DNA of 32,000 nucleotides from Mycobacterium tuberculosis H37Rv (GTDB lineage: Bacteria > Actinomycetota > Actinomycetes > Mycobacteriales > Mycobacteriaceae). Shown piece by piece: positions 19,229-29,062 of this stretch. The notes under the pieces were generated by a model. That model was not told the DNA's origin. It saw nothing but the letters and a program-made list of their open reading frames with translations, and did not search any database. Position 1 is the first letter of the stretch. The number at the start of each line of letters is the position of its first letter. The DNA lies in NCBI RefSeq assembly GCF_000195955.2, contig NC_000962.3, forward strand, positions 660,001-692,000. The letters are read 5' to 3'. The translations under genes were made by a program, and so were the position numbers.

Positions 19229-21862
19229 ATGCGGGCACGCAGGTTGCGCAGAGCCCTGGCCGCGCTCTTGGCGGTGGCGGGTCTGTTTGTTCCGTTCATT
19301 GTTGGCGTGCCCACGGCCTACGACGGTGAGCCGGTGTTCGTCGCCATTCCGGTCGAGCATGTCAATACGCTCATCGGCACCGGCACGGGAGCCGCGATAG
19401 TGGGGGAGATCAACAACTTTCCCGGCGCCTCGGTGCCGTTCGGCATGGTGCAGTACTCGCCGGACACCGTCGACAACTACGCCGGCTACGACTACGACAA
19501 CCCGCATTCCACCGGATTCAGCATGACGCACGCGTCGGTGGGCTGCCCGGCGTTCGGCGACATCTCGATGTTGCCCACGACCACCCCGCTCGGCTCGCAG
19601 CCGTGGAGCGCCTGGGAGGAGATCGCCCACGACGACACCGAGGTCGGCGTGCCCGGCTACTACACCGTACGGTTCCCCGGTACCGGGGTGATCGCCGAGC
19701 TCACCGCCACCACCCGCACGGGCGTCGGCCGGTTTCGCTACCCCCGCAATGGGTGGCCGGCGCTGTTTCACGTGCGCTCCGGCGCATCGTTGGCGGGCAA
19801 CTACGCCGCGACACTGCAGATCGAGGACAACACCACAATCACCGGCTCGGCGACCAGCGGCGGGTTCTGCGGCAAGAAGAACCTGTACACGGTGTACTTC
19901 GCCATGAAGTTCAGCCAGCCGTTCAGCTCGTATGGCACCTGGGACGGCTACGCGGTCTATCCCGGTTCACACAGCATGAATTCGAGTTACAGCGGGGGGT
20001 ATGTCGGGTTTCCGGCCGGCTCGGTGCTCGAGGTGCGGACCGCCCTGTCCTATGTGAGCGTGGACGGGGCGCGAGCCAACCTGGACGCCGAAGGCGGAGC
20101 AAGCTTCGACGACATCCGTGCGGCGACATCGAGCGAATGGAACGCCGCGCTATCGCGAATCGCGGTGGCCGGCAGGGGGCCTGGCGACGTGGACACCTTC
20201 TACACTTGTCTTTACCGGTCACTGTTGCACCCCAACACCTTTAACGACGTGGACGGACGTTACATCGGATTCGACGGTGTCATCCACAGCGTTGCCAGTG
20301 GGCACACCCACTACGCCAATTTCTCCGACTGGGACACCTACCGCAGCCTCGCCCCACTGCAGGGACTGTTGTTCCCGCAACGGGCCAGCGACATGATCCA
20401 GTCGTTGGTGACCGACGCGGAGCAGAGTGGTGCGTATCCGCGTTGGGCGCTGGCGAATTCCGCAACCGGCATGATGAGCGGAGACAGTGTGGTACCGCTC
20501 ATCGTAAACCTCTACGCCTTCGGCGCCAGGGATTTCGACCTCAAATCCGCGCTGCACTACATGGTGAATGCAGCGACCCAGGGCGGTGTCGGACTTGACG
20601 GTTTCCTGGAGCGGCCGGGAATCGCCGCCTATCTGAGGCTCGGCTATGGACCACAAACGGCGGAATTCCGCGCCAACGGTCGTATCGCCGGCGCCTCGGT
20701 CACGCTGGAGTGGTCGGTCGATGACTTTGCCATCTCCCGATTCGCTGATTCGTTGGGCGATACCGCAACTGCCGCCGTCTTCCAGAACCGGTCGCAGTAT
20801 TGGCAGAACCTGTTCAATCCCACCACCGGCTATATCTCGCCCCGGAGCGCGGCCGGTTTCTTCCCCGACGGTCCCGGGTTCGTGGCATACCCCTCGGGCT
20901 TTGGGCAGGACGGATACGACGAGGGCAACGCCGAACAATACCTGTGGTGGGTGCCGCATAACGTGGCCGGTTTGGTGACCGCGCTTGGTGGCCGCACGGC
21001 CGTCGTCAAGCGGCTCGACCGCTTTACCAAAAAGCTCAACGTCGGCCCCAACGAACCCTATCTGTGGGCCGGTAACGAGCCCGGTTTCGGGGTGCCCTGG
21101 CTGTACAACTACATCGGCCAACCGTGGAAAACCCAGCGGACGGTCGACCGGGTCCGCGGGCTGTTCGGCCCGACACCTGGCGGTGCGCCGGGCAACGACG
21201 ACCTCGGCGCCCTGTCCAGCTGGTATGTCTGGGCTGCCCTTGGCCTGTATCCGAGCACCCCGGGAACCACCATCCTGACCGTGAACACACCGCTTTTCGA
21301 TCGCGCCGTGATCGCGCTCCCCACCGGAAAGTCCATTCAGATCACCGCGCCGGGCGCATCCGGGCGGAACCGCCTGAAGTACATCGACGGCCTGACCATC
21401 GACCGCCAACCGAGCAACCAGACGTTTCTTCCGGAGTCGATCGTGCGCACCGGAGGCGACCTGACCTTCTCGCTCGCCGGCACACCCAACAAGGTCTGGG
21501 GAACCGCGGCGTCTGCCGCGCCGCCGTCATTCGGTGCGGGCAGCTCGGCGGTGACGGTAAATATCGCCCGGCCCATCATCGGGATCGTGCCGGGAGCGAC
21601 CGGGACCGTGACCGTCGACGCGCAACGGATGATCGACGGCGTCGACGACTACACTGTCACCCCAACGTCCTACGTTGTTGGGATTGCGGCGGAACCGTTA
21701 TCCGGGCAATTCGACGATGACGGAGCCGTGAGCGCGTCGGTCGCGATCACCGTAGCTCGATCGGTGCCGTCGGGGTATTACCCGATCTATGTCACCACCA
21801 GCGCCGGGGATAGTGCCCGGACATTGATCGTGCTGGTCGTGGTCGCCGAGGCGGTGGAATGA
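19229..21862 (+). CDS. Rv0584: Secreted glycoside hydrolase family 92 (alpha-mannosidase-like) protein with C-terminal Ig-like tail
   Basis: The product is 877 aa. The N-terminal signal is [26 protein letters not shown]. The GH92 blocks are VNTLIGTG...[59 protein letters not shown] and [21 protein letters not shown]. Confidence 0.9.
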
Positions 21863-21884
21863 TCATTGCGCAAGCGCAGAGGAG

Positions 21885-24272
21885 TTAGATCATTTCGTGT
21901 CTGGTCAGCCAGTGCATCACCTGCCAGCCGGCGAATACCGGTAGCCAACAGGTCAATAGTCGATACAGCAGCACCGACGGCACACCCAATGCTGCAGGTA
22001 CACCGAAGGCGGCGAGCCCACCGATCAGCGCCGCCTCCACCGCGCCAACCCCGCCCGGGGTGGGGGCGGCCGAGGCGAGGGTGCCGCCGACCATCGTCAC
22101 CACGGTCACCGTGACGAACGTCGTTCCGCCGCCAAAGGCTTCGATACTGGCCCACAGTGCCAACGCAGCTCCGAGCGTCGTTCCGGCACAACCGAGTACG
22201 ATCAACGCCAGTCGCTTCGGCTCCCGGGCCAACGCAATGAGGTCATTCGTTACCTCCCTGAGCTTCGGCCGCACCGCCGTCGCTAGCCAGCGTCGCAGCT
22301 TCGGCACGAAGAGGAATGTCCCGACAATGCCTAGGGCCACACCGGCAATGAGGTAGAGCACCGTGGCATTCGGGACGAAATGAGATAGGTCGGTCGAGGT
22401 GCCGGCCAGGGCGCTGAACAGGATCAGCAGCACGAGGTGGACGATCACCTGTACCGACTGCTGCAGTGCCACCGCCGCGGTGGCCCGCACTGCGGTCAGC
22501 CCTCCCTTCTGCAAGAACCGGGTACTCAACGCTAGCCCGCCGACGCCGGCCGGGGTAGTCGTTGCAGCAAAAGTGTTGGCTACCTGCATGATTGACAGCT
22601 TCCAGAAGCCCACCAGCCCATCAGCGCAGGCCCACAACGCCGCTGCCGCACCGACATACGTCAGCGCCGACACCGCTAGGCCCAGTAGCGCCCACCACCA
22701 GTTCGCGGTTCGCAGCTGGGAAAAGAACGTGGGCACGGTACTGATGAAAGGGTAAGCGACATAGACCAGAGCACCGATTAACACCAGTTGAATGAGCTGG
22801 CCGCGGCTGAACCGGGTGATCGTTTCGGCTTTGATCTGATCCGCGCCCGTTTGCCGCATCACCTCGGCGCGTGTGCTGGCGATGACCGCATTTGGGTCGG
22901 TTATCGACTCTCGGATTCGTTTTGGCACAGCGGATTTGGTAAGTCTTCGCGATGCCGCCAGGATGGCTTGCTTGCCGAACGTGTCAATGGCTGCGGTCAC
23001 GGCGGCCTCGGCGTCATACAGCGCCGACGTCGTCACCAAGAGTTGGGCCAGGTCGGATTGGAGTTGGGCGTCGGTGGCGCCGTACTCGGCCTCACCGAAC
23101 CCGCCGAACAGCACCGCGCCGTTGTCGACGGTGATCTCGGCACTACACAGGTCCCCGTGGGAGATCTGCTGGTCGTGCAGGGTCCGTAGCGCCTCCCAGA
23201 CATGGGCAGTCGGCGTGGTTTTGGTGCATTCGCTGATGCCGATTCCGCGAGCGGGCCGGTGTGCATACAACGTCCATCCCCGGTCGAGCGGGGACACCGC
23301 GATCACCGTCGTGTTGGCCATGCCTAGATCGCCGAAGGCAATGGCCATCAGCGCGCGATGCTCGACCGCACGGCGCATGGAGGCTTGCAGGGGTGCGGTC
23401 TCGGTGCCGCGCAACGTCAGCTTCAGCCAGAGTTGGCGCAGCGCGCCGCCGCCACTTTGGTGCGGGCCGTACAACTCGATCAATGCCTCGCTGCACGCCC
23501 CGGCGTTGGGCTGCTCGCAAGCGGCCGACAGTACCAGTGGCCCGGGCCCGGCCGGCCGCACAACCGCGAGCCCGGACACCGCGAATCCGCGTTTTGCCAA
23601 CGCGCGAATGGCACCATCCAGTGGCACTTCAAGCGCTGGTGTGCCGACGACCAGGACCACCAACGCGCCGACCAACCACCCCACCGCCAGCCCCAACAAT
23701 GAGCGGGCCGGCACAATCGCGCTGACAACCAGATGGATCGGCACGAATGCCAACAGCAGCGCCCACCACCAGTGCCGCCAGCGCGCGGGCAGCCAGGGAC
23801 CCGACACGGTGAGCACCGCCGCGAGCATCGCGATCCATCGCGGGTCATCGAGAAACTGGGCCAGCAATGTGGCGAGCCGGTCGGAAAGGTCAAAGTGCCA
23901 TCGGGGTGCCGCGATGCGGCTACTGCTGATCGACAACGGGAGAACGGCCATAAGTCCGGCGGCCGCATACGCGCCCAGCAGCTTCCACTGCCGGGAAACG
24001 ATCAGGCCAATCAGGATCACGAACGGCAACGCCAAAATCGCCAGGCCGTACCCCAGGTACACCAGATCGGATTGCGACGGGGACAGCACCCCGACGATCT
24101 CCGAGATGGATTTCTCCAGCGCCACCCACTGCGGGCGGGTGATCAGCGAACTCGTGATCACCGCCACGAGGTAGATCGCCGCCAGCACCGCCCGGATGAT
24201 GTCGTTGGTGCGCCGGGTCAGTGGTTGCAGCAAGTTACCGGAAACGCCGATGTCGCGTCCGTCAACTCGCAT
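21885..24272 (-). CDS. Rv0585c: Integral membrane protein: N-terminal TM bundle + central kinase-like module + C-terminal UPF0104/MprF-flippase-like domain
   Basis: The product is 795 aa. Hydrophobic helices cover about aa 25-210 and 490-790. The central soluble part carries ISHGDLCSAEITVDNGAVLFGGFGEAE. The C-terminal motif is APTPGGVGAVEAALIGGL, typical of lysyl-PG-synthase TM-region-like proteins. Confidence 0.88.
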   Translation of the reverse strand: MRVDGRDIGVSGNLLQPLTRRTNDIIRAVLAAIYLVAVITSSLITRPQWVALEKSISEIVGVLSPSQSDLVYLGYGLAILALPFVILIGLIVSRQWKLLGAYAAAGLMAVLPLSISSSRIAAPRWHFDLSDRLATLLAQFLDDPRWIAMLAAVLTVSGPWLPARWRHWWWALLLAFVPIHLVVSAIVPARSLLGLAVGWLVGALVVLVVGTPALEVPLDGAIRALAKRGFAVSGLAVVRPAGPGPLVLSAACEQPNAGACSEALIELYGPHQSGGGALRQLWLKLTLRGTETAPLQASMRRAVEHRALMAIAFGDLGMANTTVIAVSPLDRGWTLYAHRPARGIGISECTKTTPTAHVWEALRTLHDQQISHGDLCSAEITVDNGAVLFGGFGEAEYGATDAQLQSDLAQLLVTTSALYDAEAAVTAAIDTFGKQAILAASRRLTKSAVPKRIRESITDPNAVIASTRAEVMRQTGADQIKAETITRFSRGQLIQLVLIGALVYVAYPFISTVPTFFSQLRTANWWWALLGLAVSALTYVGAAAALWACADGLVGFWKLSIMQVANTFAATTTPAGVGGLALSTRFLQKGGLTAVRATAAVALQQSVQVIVHLVLLILFSALAGTSTDLSHFVPNATVLYLIAGVALGIVGTFLFVPKLRRWLATAVRPKLREVTNDLIALAREPKRLALIVLGCAGTTLGAALALWASIEAFGGGTTFVTVTVVTMVGGTLASAAPTPGGVGAVEAALIGGLAAFGVPAALGVPSVLLYRLLTCWLPVFAGWQVMHWLTRHEMI

Positions 24273-24363
24273 GTTCTAACGATCTTCCGAATCAGGGCCC
24301 GCGGTGTCTGGTGCCGTTTCGCGGCTCCGCGGACAACTTAGCCCGATAACTGCGTGGGGTGTC

Positions 24364-24372
24364 GGTCTGACC
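24364..24372. promoter_or_regulatory. FadR/GntR-type half-palindrome GGTCTGACC (candidate Mce2R operator) next to a TTGACG -35-like hexamer
   Basis: CGGTCTGACCA resembles the GntR/FadR operator core TGGTNNNACCA. It lies 38 nt upstream of the mce2R ATG. TTGACG sits at 24375-24380. The motif is short, so a chance occurrence is possible. Confidence 0.25.
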
Positions 24373-24409
24373 ACTTGACGTCTTACCAATCTTCATTCAC
24401 ACTGGGCGC

Positions 24410-25132
24410 ATGGCGCTGCAGCCGGTGACTCGCCGATCGGTGCCCGAAGAGGTCTTCGAGCAGATCGCTACCGATGTGCTCACCGGCGAGATGCCGCCCG
24501 GCGAGGCGTTGCCCAGCGAGCGTCGGTTGGCTGAGTTGCTCGGAGTGTCGCGACCCGCGGTCCGCGAGGCGCTCAAACGGCTGTCGGCCGCAGGTCTGGT
24601 CGAGGTGCGTCAGGGCGACGTCACCACCGTGCGTGACTTCCGGCGGCACGCCGGCCTGGATCTGTTGCCCCGATTGTTGTTTCGCAACGGTGAGCTGGAT
24701 ATCTCCGTCGTCCGCAGCATCCTCGAGGCCCGGCTGCGCAATTTTCCGAAGGTCGCGGAACTAGCGGCCGAACGGAACGAGCCCGAGTTGGCGGAATTGC
24801 TGCAGGATTCGCTGCGTGCGCTGGACACTGAGGAAGATCCGATCGTGTGGCAACGCCACACGCTCGACTTTTGGGATCATGTGGTCGACAGCGCCGGTTC
24901 GATCGTAGATCGATTGATGTACAACGCATTTCGTGCTGCTTACGAGCCGACGCTAGCTGCTCTGACCACCACGATGACCGCTGCGGCTAAGCGTCCGTCG
25001 GACTACCGGAAACTCGCGGATGCGATCTGCTCAGGTGATCCCACCGGAGCGAAGAAAGCCGCCCAAGACCTACTCGAACTTGCGAACACATCGTTGATGG
25101 CCGTACTCGTTAGCCAGGCGAGTCGGCAATGA
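24410..25132 (+). CDS. mce2R: GntR/FadR-family transcriptional repressor of the mce2 operon
   Basis: The product is 240 aa. The wHTH is [36 protein letters not shown], followed by an all-helical FCD-type C-terminal domain. Its stop overlaps the yrbE2A start in ATGA. Confidence 0.9.
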
Positions 25133-25926
25133 CCACCCACGCCGTGATCATCACCTATCTCCGCGACCAGACGCAGCCCGCCGTCGATGCGATCGGCGGG
25201 TTCTACCGGACATGCGTACTGACTGGCAAGGCGCTGGTTCGGCGGCCCTTCCATTGGCGTGAGGCGATCGAGCAGGGCTGGTTCATTACCAGCGTCTCGT
25301 TGCTGCCAACCCTGGCGGTGTCGATTCCGTTGACCGTGTTGATCATCTTCACGCTCAATATCCTGCTGGCCGAGTTCGGCGCCGCCGACATCTCCGGCGC
25401 CGGCGCGGCGCTAGGCGCGGTCACCCAGCTGGGCCCGCTGACCACCGTGTTGGTGATTGCCGGCGCTGGAGCCACAGCGATCTGCGCCGACCTGGGTGCC
25501 CGCACCATCCGGGAAGAGATCGATGCGATGGAGGTGCTGGGCATCGACCCCATCCACCGGCTGGTGGTGCCTCGGGTCGTTGCCGCGACCATCGTCGCCG
25601 CACTGCTTAACGGCGCGGTGATAACCATTGGCCTGGTTGGTGGTTTCGTCTTCAGTGTCTTCATCCAACACGTCTCGGCCGGCGCCTACGTGGGCACGCT
25701 CACCTTGGTCACCGGTCTACCCGAGGTGATCATCTCGGTGGTCAAGTCGGCGACGTTCGGCCTGATCGCTGGCCTAGTCGGCTGTTACCGCGGGCTGACC
25801 ACGAAAGGCGGCCCCAAGGGAGTTGGAACCGCCGTCAACGAAACCCTGGTGCTGTGCGTGATCGCGCTGTTCGCGACCAATGTGGTGTTGACCACGATCG
25901 GCGTGCGGTTCGGGACGGGACACTAG
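25129..25926 (+). CDS. yrbE2A: YrbE/MlaE-family permease of Mce transporter
   Basis: The product is 265 aa and polytopic. The conserved [12 protein letters not shown] loop is present. Confidence 0.92.
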
Positions 25927-25927
25927 C

Positions 25928-26815
25928 ATGGTGGAGTCTTCAACGGCATCAGCGGCAGCCGTATTGCGGGCCCGCTACCCACGCACAGCCGCCAGCCTTG
26001 ACCGCTACGGCGGCGGCACGGCCCGAAGACTTGAGCGGACAGGGACTTTCGCGAGATTCACCCGGATCAGCGTCGTGCAGATCGGCTGGGCACTGCGTCG
26101 CTATCGCCGGGAGACGCTGCGCCTGGTCGCCGAGATCGGGATGGGCACCGGCGCGATGGCCGTCGTCGGCGGCACGGTCGCGATCATCGGTTTTGTGACG
26201 CTGTCCGGCGGCTCGCTGATCGCCATCCAGGGCTTCGCGTCGCTGGGCAACATCGGTGTCGAGGCGTTTACCGGATTCTTTGCCGCACTGGCCAACACAC
26301 GCGTCGCTGCGCCCATTGTCTCCGGTGTCGCGCTGGCCGCGACGGTGGGCGCCGGCGCCACCGCACAGTTAGGTGCCATGCGGATCAGTGAGGAGATCGA
26401 CGCGCTGGAAGTGATGGGCATCAAGTCGATTTCGTTTCTGGTCTCCACTCGGATTCTAGGAGGGCTGGTGGTGATCATGCCGCTGTACGCGCTCGCTCTC
26501 GACATGGCTTTCACCTCTGGTCAGGTGGTCACAACCGTGTTCTACGGCCAGTCCAACGGCACCTATGAGCACTACTTCCGCACCTTCCTGCGCCCAGAGG
26601 ATGTGGGTTGGTCGGTCGTGGAGGTGGTGATCATCGCGGTGGTGGTGATGATCACCCATTGCTACTACGGGTACACCGCCAGCGGTGGCCCGGTTGGGGT
26701 CGGCCAGGCGGTTGGTCGATCGATGCGTTTCTCGCTGGTCTCGGTGGTGGTCGTTGTCCTGCTGGCCGAGTTGGCGCTCTACGGCGTCGACCCGAACTTC
26801 AATCTCACGGTGTAG
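25928..26815 (+). CDS. yrbE2B: YrbE/MlaE-family permease of Mce transporter
   Basis: The product is 295 aa and polytopic. It is a paralog of the preceding gene and carries the EIDALEVMGIKS loop. It starts 1 nt after the yrbE2A stop. Confidence 0.92.
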   Translation: MVESSTASAAAVLRARYPRTAASLDRYGGGTARRLERTGTFARFTRISVVQIGWALRRYRRETLRLVAEIGMGTGAMAVVGGTVAIIGFVTLSGGSLIAIQGFASLGNIGVEAFTGFFAALANTRVAAPIVSGVALAATVGAGATAQLGAMRISEEIDALEVMGIKSISFLVSTRILGGLVVIMPLYALALDMAFTSGQVVTTVFYGQSNGTYEHYFRTFLRPEDVGWSVVEVVIIAVVVMITHCYYGYTASGGPVGVGQAVGRSMRFSLVSVVVVVLLAELALYGVDPNFNLTV

Positions 26816-26820
26816 CCGCG

Positions 26821-28035
26821 GTGCCAACGCTGGTGACGAGGAAGAACCGACGTGCGTGGCTGTATGTGGAGGGTGTTGTCCTGCTGTTGGTGGGCGCGTT
26901 GGTGCTCGTATTGGTGTACAAGCAGTTTCGTGGGGAATTCACGCCGAAGACCGAGCTGACTATGGTCGCCTTCCGGGCTGGGCTGGTTATGGAAGCTGGA
27001 TCCAAAGTCACCTACAACGGGGTGGAGATCGGCCGGGTGGGCAGCATTTCGGAGATTGAGCGTGACGGCCGGCCGGCGGCGAAGCTGGTTTTGGACGTGA
27101 ATCCTCGCTACATCAGCCTGATTCCGGTCAATGTGGTGGCCGATATCGAGGCGGCCACCCTGTTCGGCAACAAGTATGTTGCGCTGTCCGCGCCGAAAAT
27201 TCCTCAACAGCAGCGGATTTCCTCACATGACGTGATTGATGTGGGGTCGGTGACCACCGAATTCAACACGTTGTTCGAGACGATCACCTCGATCGCCGAG
27301 AAGGTGGATCCGATCGAGCTGAACGCGACGCTGTCCGCGGTAGCACAGGCGCTGGATGGGCTGGGCGGCAAGTTCGGTGAGTCGATCGTTAATGGCAATC
27401 AGATTCTGGCGCAATTAAATCCGCGGCTGCCGCAGCTCGGCTATGATGTTCGGCGGTTGGCGGATCTCGGTGAGGTCTATGTCGATGCTTCGCCGGATCT
27501 GTGGTCCTTTCTGCAGAACGCACTGACCACTGCGCGCACATTGACCAGCCAACAGCGCGATCTGGATGCCGCGTTGTTGGCGGCTACGGGTGCGGGCAAC
27601 ACCGGTGAAGACGTTTTTGCTCGAGGCGGGCCGTATCTTGCGCGCGCAGCCGCCGATCTGGTGCCCACCGCTACGCTGCTGGACACCTACAGTCCCGAAC
27701 TGTTCTGCATGATCCGCAACTTTCACGACGCTGCGCCCAAAGTCGCGGACGCGGTGGGCGGCAACGGCTATTCGCTAGCGGCCGCCGGAACGATTTTGGG
27801 AGCACCCAATCCCTATGTCTATCCGGACAATCTGCCGCGGGTGAATGCCCACGGTGGACCCGGGGGCCGACCGGGCTGCTGGCAGACGATCACCCGGGAG
27901 CTGTGGCCGGCACCCTATCTGGTGATGGACACCGGTGCCAGCCTCGCACCGTACAACCACGTCGAGCTCGGCCAACCGATGTTCACTGAATACGTATGGG
28001 GACGCCAATACGGAGAGAACACGATCAACCCATGA
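26821..28035 (+). CDS. mce2A: Mce-family (MlaD-like) substrate-binding protein
   Basis: I choose GTG 26821, which gives 404 aa; the longer 475-aa ORF overlaps yrbE2B. An N-terminal TM segment (AWLYVEGVVLLLVGALVLVLVY) is followed by an MCE domain (GSKVTYNGVEIGRVGSISEI). Confidence 0.88.
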   Translation: MPTLVTRKNRRAWLYVEGVVLLLVGALVLVLVYKQFRGEFTPKTELTMVAFRAGLVMEAGSKVTYNGVEIGRVGSISEIERDGRPAAKLVLDVNPRYISLIPVNVVADIEAATLFGNKYVALSAPKIPQQQRISSHDVIDVGSVTTEFNTLFETITSIAEKVDPIELNATLSAVAQALDGLGGKFGESIVNGNQILAQLNPRLPQLGYDVRRLADLGEVYVDASPDLWSFLQNALTTARTLTSQQRDLDAALLAATGAGNTGEDVFARGGPYLARAAADLVPTATLLDTYSPELFCMIRNFHDAAPKVADAVGGNGYSLAAAGTILGAPNPYVYPDNLPRVNAHGGPGGRPGCWQTITRELWPAPYLVMDTGASLAPYNHVELGQPMFTEYVWGRQYGENTINP

Positions 28036-28859
28036 AAACCACAGGCACAACTATCAAACTCGGCATCGTCTGGTTGGTGCTGTCGGTGTTCACCGTGATG
28101 ATCATCGTGGTGTTCGGGCAGGTGCGGTTCCATCACACCACCGGGTACTCCGCGGTGTTCACCCATGTCAGCGGGCTGCGGGCCGGGCAATTTGTCCGCG
28201 CTGCGGGCGTAGAGGTCGGCAAGGTCGCCAAGGTAACGCTGATCGACGGGGACAAGCAAGTATTGGTGGACTTCACCGTGGATCGCTCGCTGTCACTGGA
28301 TCAGGCGACGACCGCCTCGATCCGCTACCTCAACCTGATCGGCGACCGGTACCTTGAGCTCGGCCGCGGTCACAGCGGTCAGCGGCTGGCGCCGGGTGCC
28401 ACGATCCCGCTCGAGCACACCCATCCGGCCTTGGATCTCGACGCTCTGCTCGGCGGGTTTCGCCCACTCTTCCAAACGTTGGACCCAGACAAGGTCAACA
28501 GCATCGCCTCCTCGATCATCACCGTGTTCCAAGGGCAAGGCGCCACCATCAACGACATCCTCGACCAGACCGCCTCGCTGACGGCAACGCTGGCCGACCG
28601 GGACCATGCGATAGGTGAGGTCGTCAACAACTTGAACACCGTGCTGGCCACCACCGTCAAGCATCAAACGGAATTCGACCGCACGGTCGACAAGCTAGAG
28701 GTGCTGATCACTGGACTGAAGAACAGGGCGGACCCGCTGGCCGCGGCGGCGGCACACATCAGCAGCGCCGCGGGAACCCTAGCCGACCTGCTGGGGCGGA
28801 TCGTCCATTGCTGCACAGCAGCTTCGGGCACCTCGAGGGCATCCAGCAGCCGCTCATAG
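28032..28859 (+). CDS. mce2B: Mce-family protein, N-terminal and central part, truncated by a frameshift
   Basis: The ATG at 28032 overlaps the mce2A stop in ATGA. A TM segment (LGIVWLVLSVFTVMIIVVF) and an MCE domain (GQFVRAAGVEVGKVAKV) are present. After about aa 255 the tail (RIVHCCTAASGTSRASSSRS) loses family resemblance. Confidence 0.85.
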   Translation: MKTTGTTIKLGIVWLVLSVFTVMIIVVFGQVRFHHTTGYSAVFTHVSGLRAGQFVRAAGVEVGKVAKVTLIDGDKQVLVDFTVDRSLSLDQATTASIRYLNLIGDRYLELGRGHSGQRLAPGATIPLEHTHPALDLDALLGGFRPLFQTLDPDKVNSIASSIITVFQGQGATINDILDQTASLTATLADRDHAIGEVVNNLNTVLATTVKHQTEFDRTVDKLEVLITGLKNRADPLAAAAAHISSAAGTLADLLGRIVHCCTAASGTSRASSSRS

Positions 28860-29062
28860 ACGAGCTGGCAGAACTCGACCACGTGTTGGGCAAGCTGCCG
28901 GACGCCTACCGGATCATCGGCCGCGCCGGCGGCATATACGGTGACTTCTTCAACTTCTATCTGTGTGACATCTCACTGAAAGTCAACGGATTACAGCCTG
29001 GAGGTCCGGTACGCACCGTCAAGTTGTTCGGCCAGCCGACCGGCAGGTGCACACCGCAATGA
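28808..29062 (+). CDS. Rv0590A: Mce2B C-terminal fragment in the -1 frame (Rv0590A-like)
   Basis: This frame encodes LLHSSFGHLEGIQQPLIDELAELDHVLGKLPDAYRIIGRAGGIYGDFFNFYLCDISLKVNGLQPGGPVRTVKLFGQPTGRCTPQ, the conserved MceB C-terminus. Its stop overlaps the mce2C start in ATGA. The only in-frame start is TTG 28808. Confidence 0.7.
   Translation: MLHSSFGHLEGIQQPLIDELAELDHVLGKLPDAYRIIGRAGGIYGDFFNFYLCDISLKVNGLQPGGPVRTVKLFGQPTGRCTPQ

Noticed and set aside
21863-21884. A short TGCG-caag-CGCA stem between the convergent Rv0584 and Rv0585c genes, considered as a terminator.
   Set aside because: The stem is only 4 bp and there is no U-tract, so it is too weak to call.
28786-28810. Programmed ribosomal frameshifting as the explanation for the mce2B split.
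   Set aside because: I see no X XXY YYZ slippery heptamer and no obvious downstream stem-loop or pseudoknot. The required shift is most simply explained by a single-base indel in a GGGG run, so a mutation is more likely.
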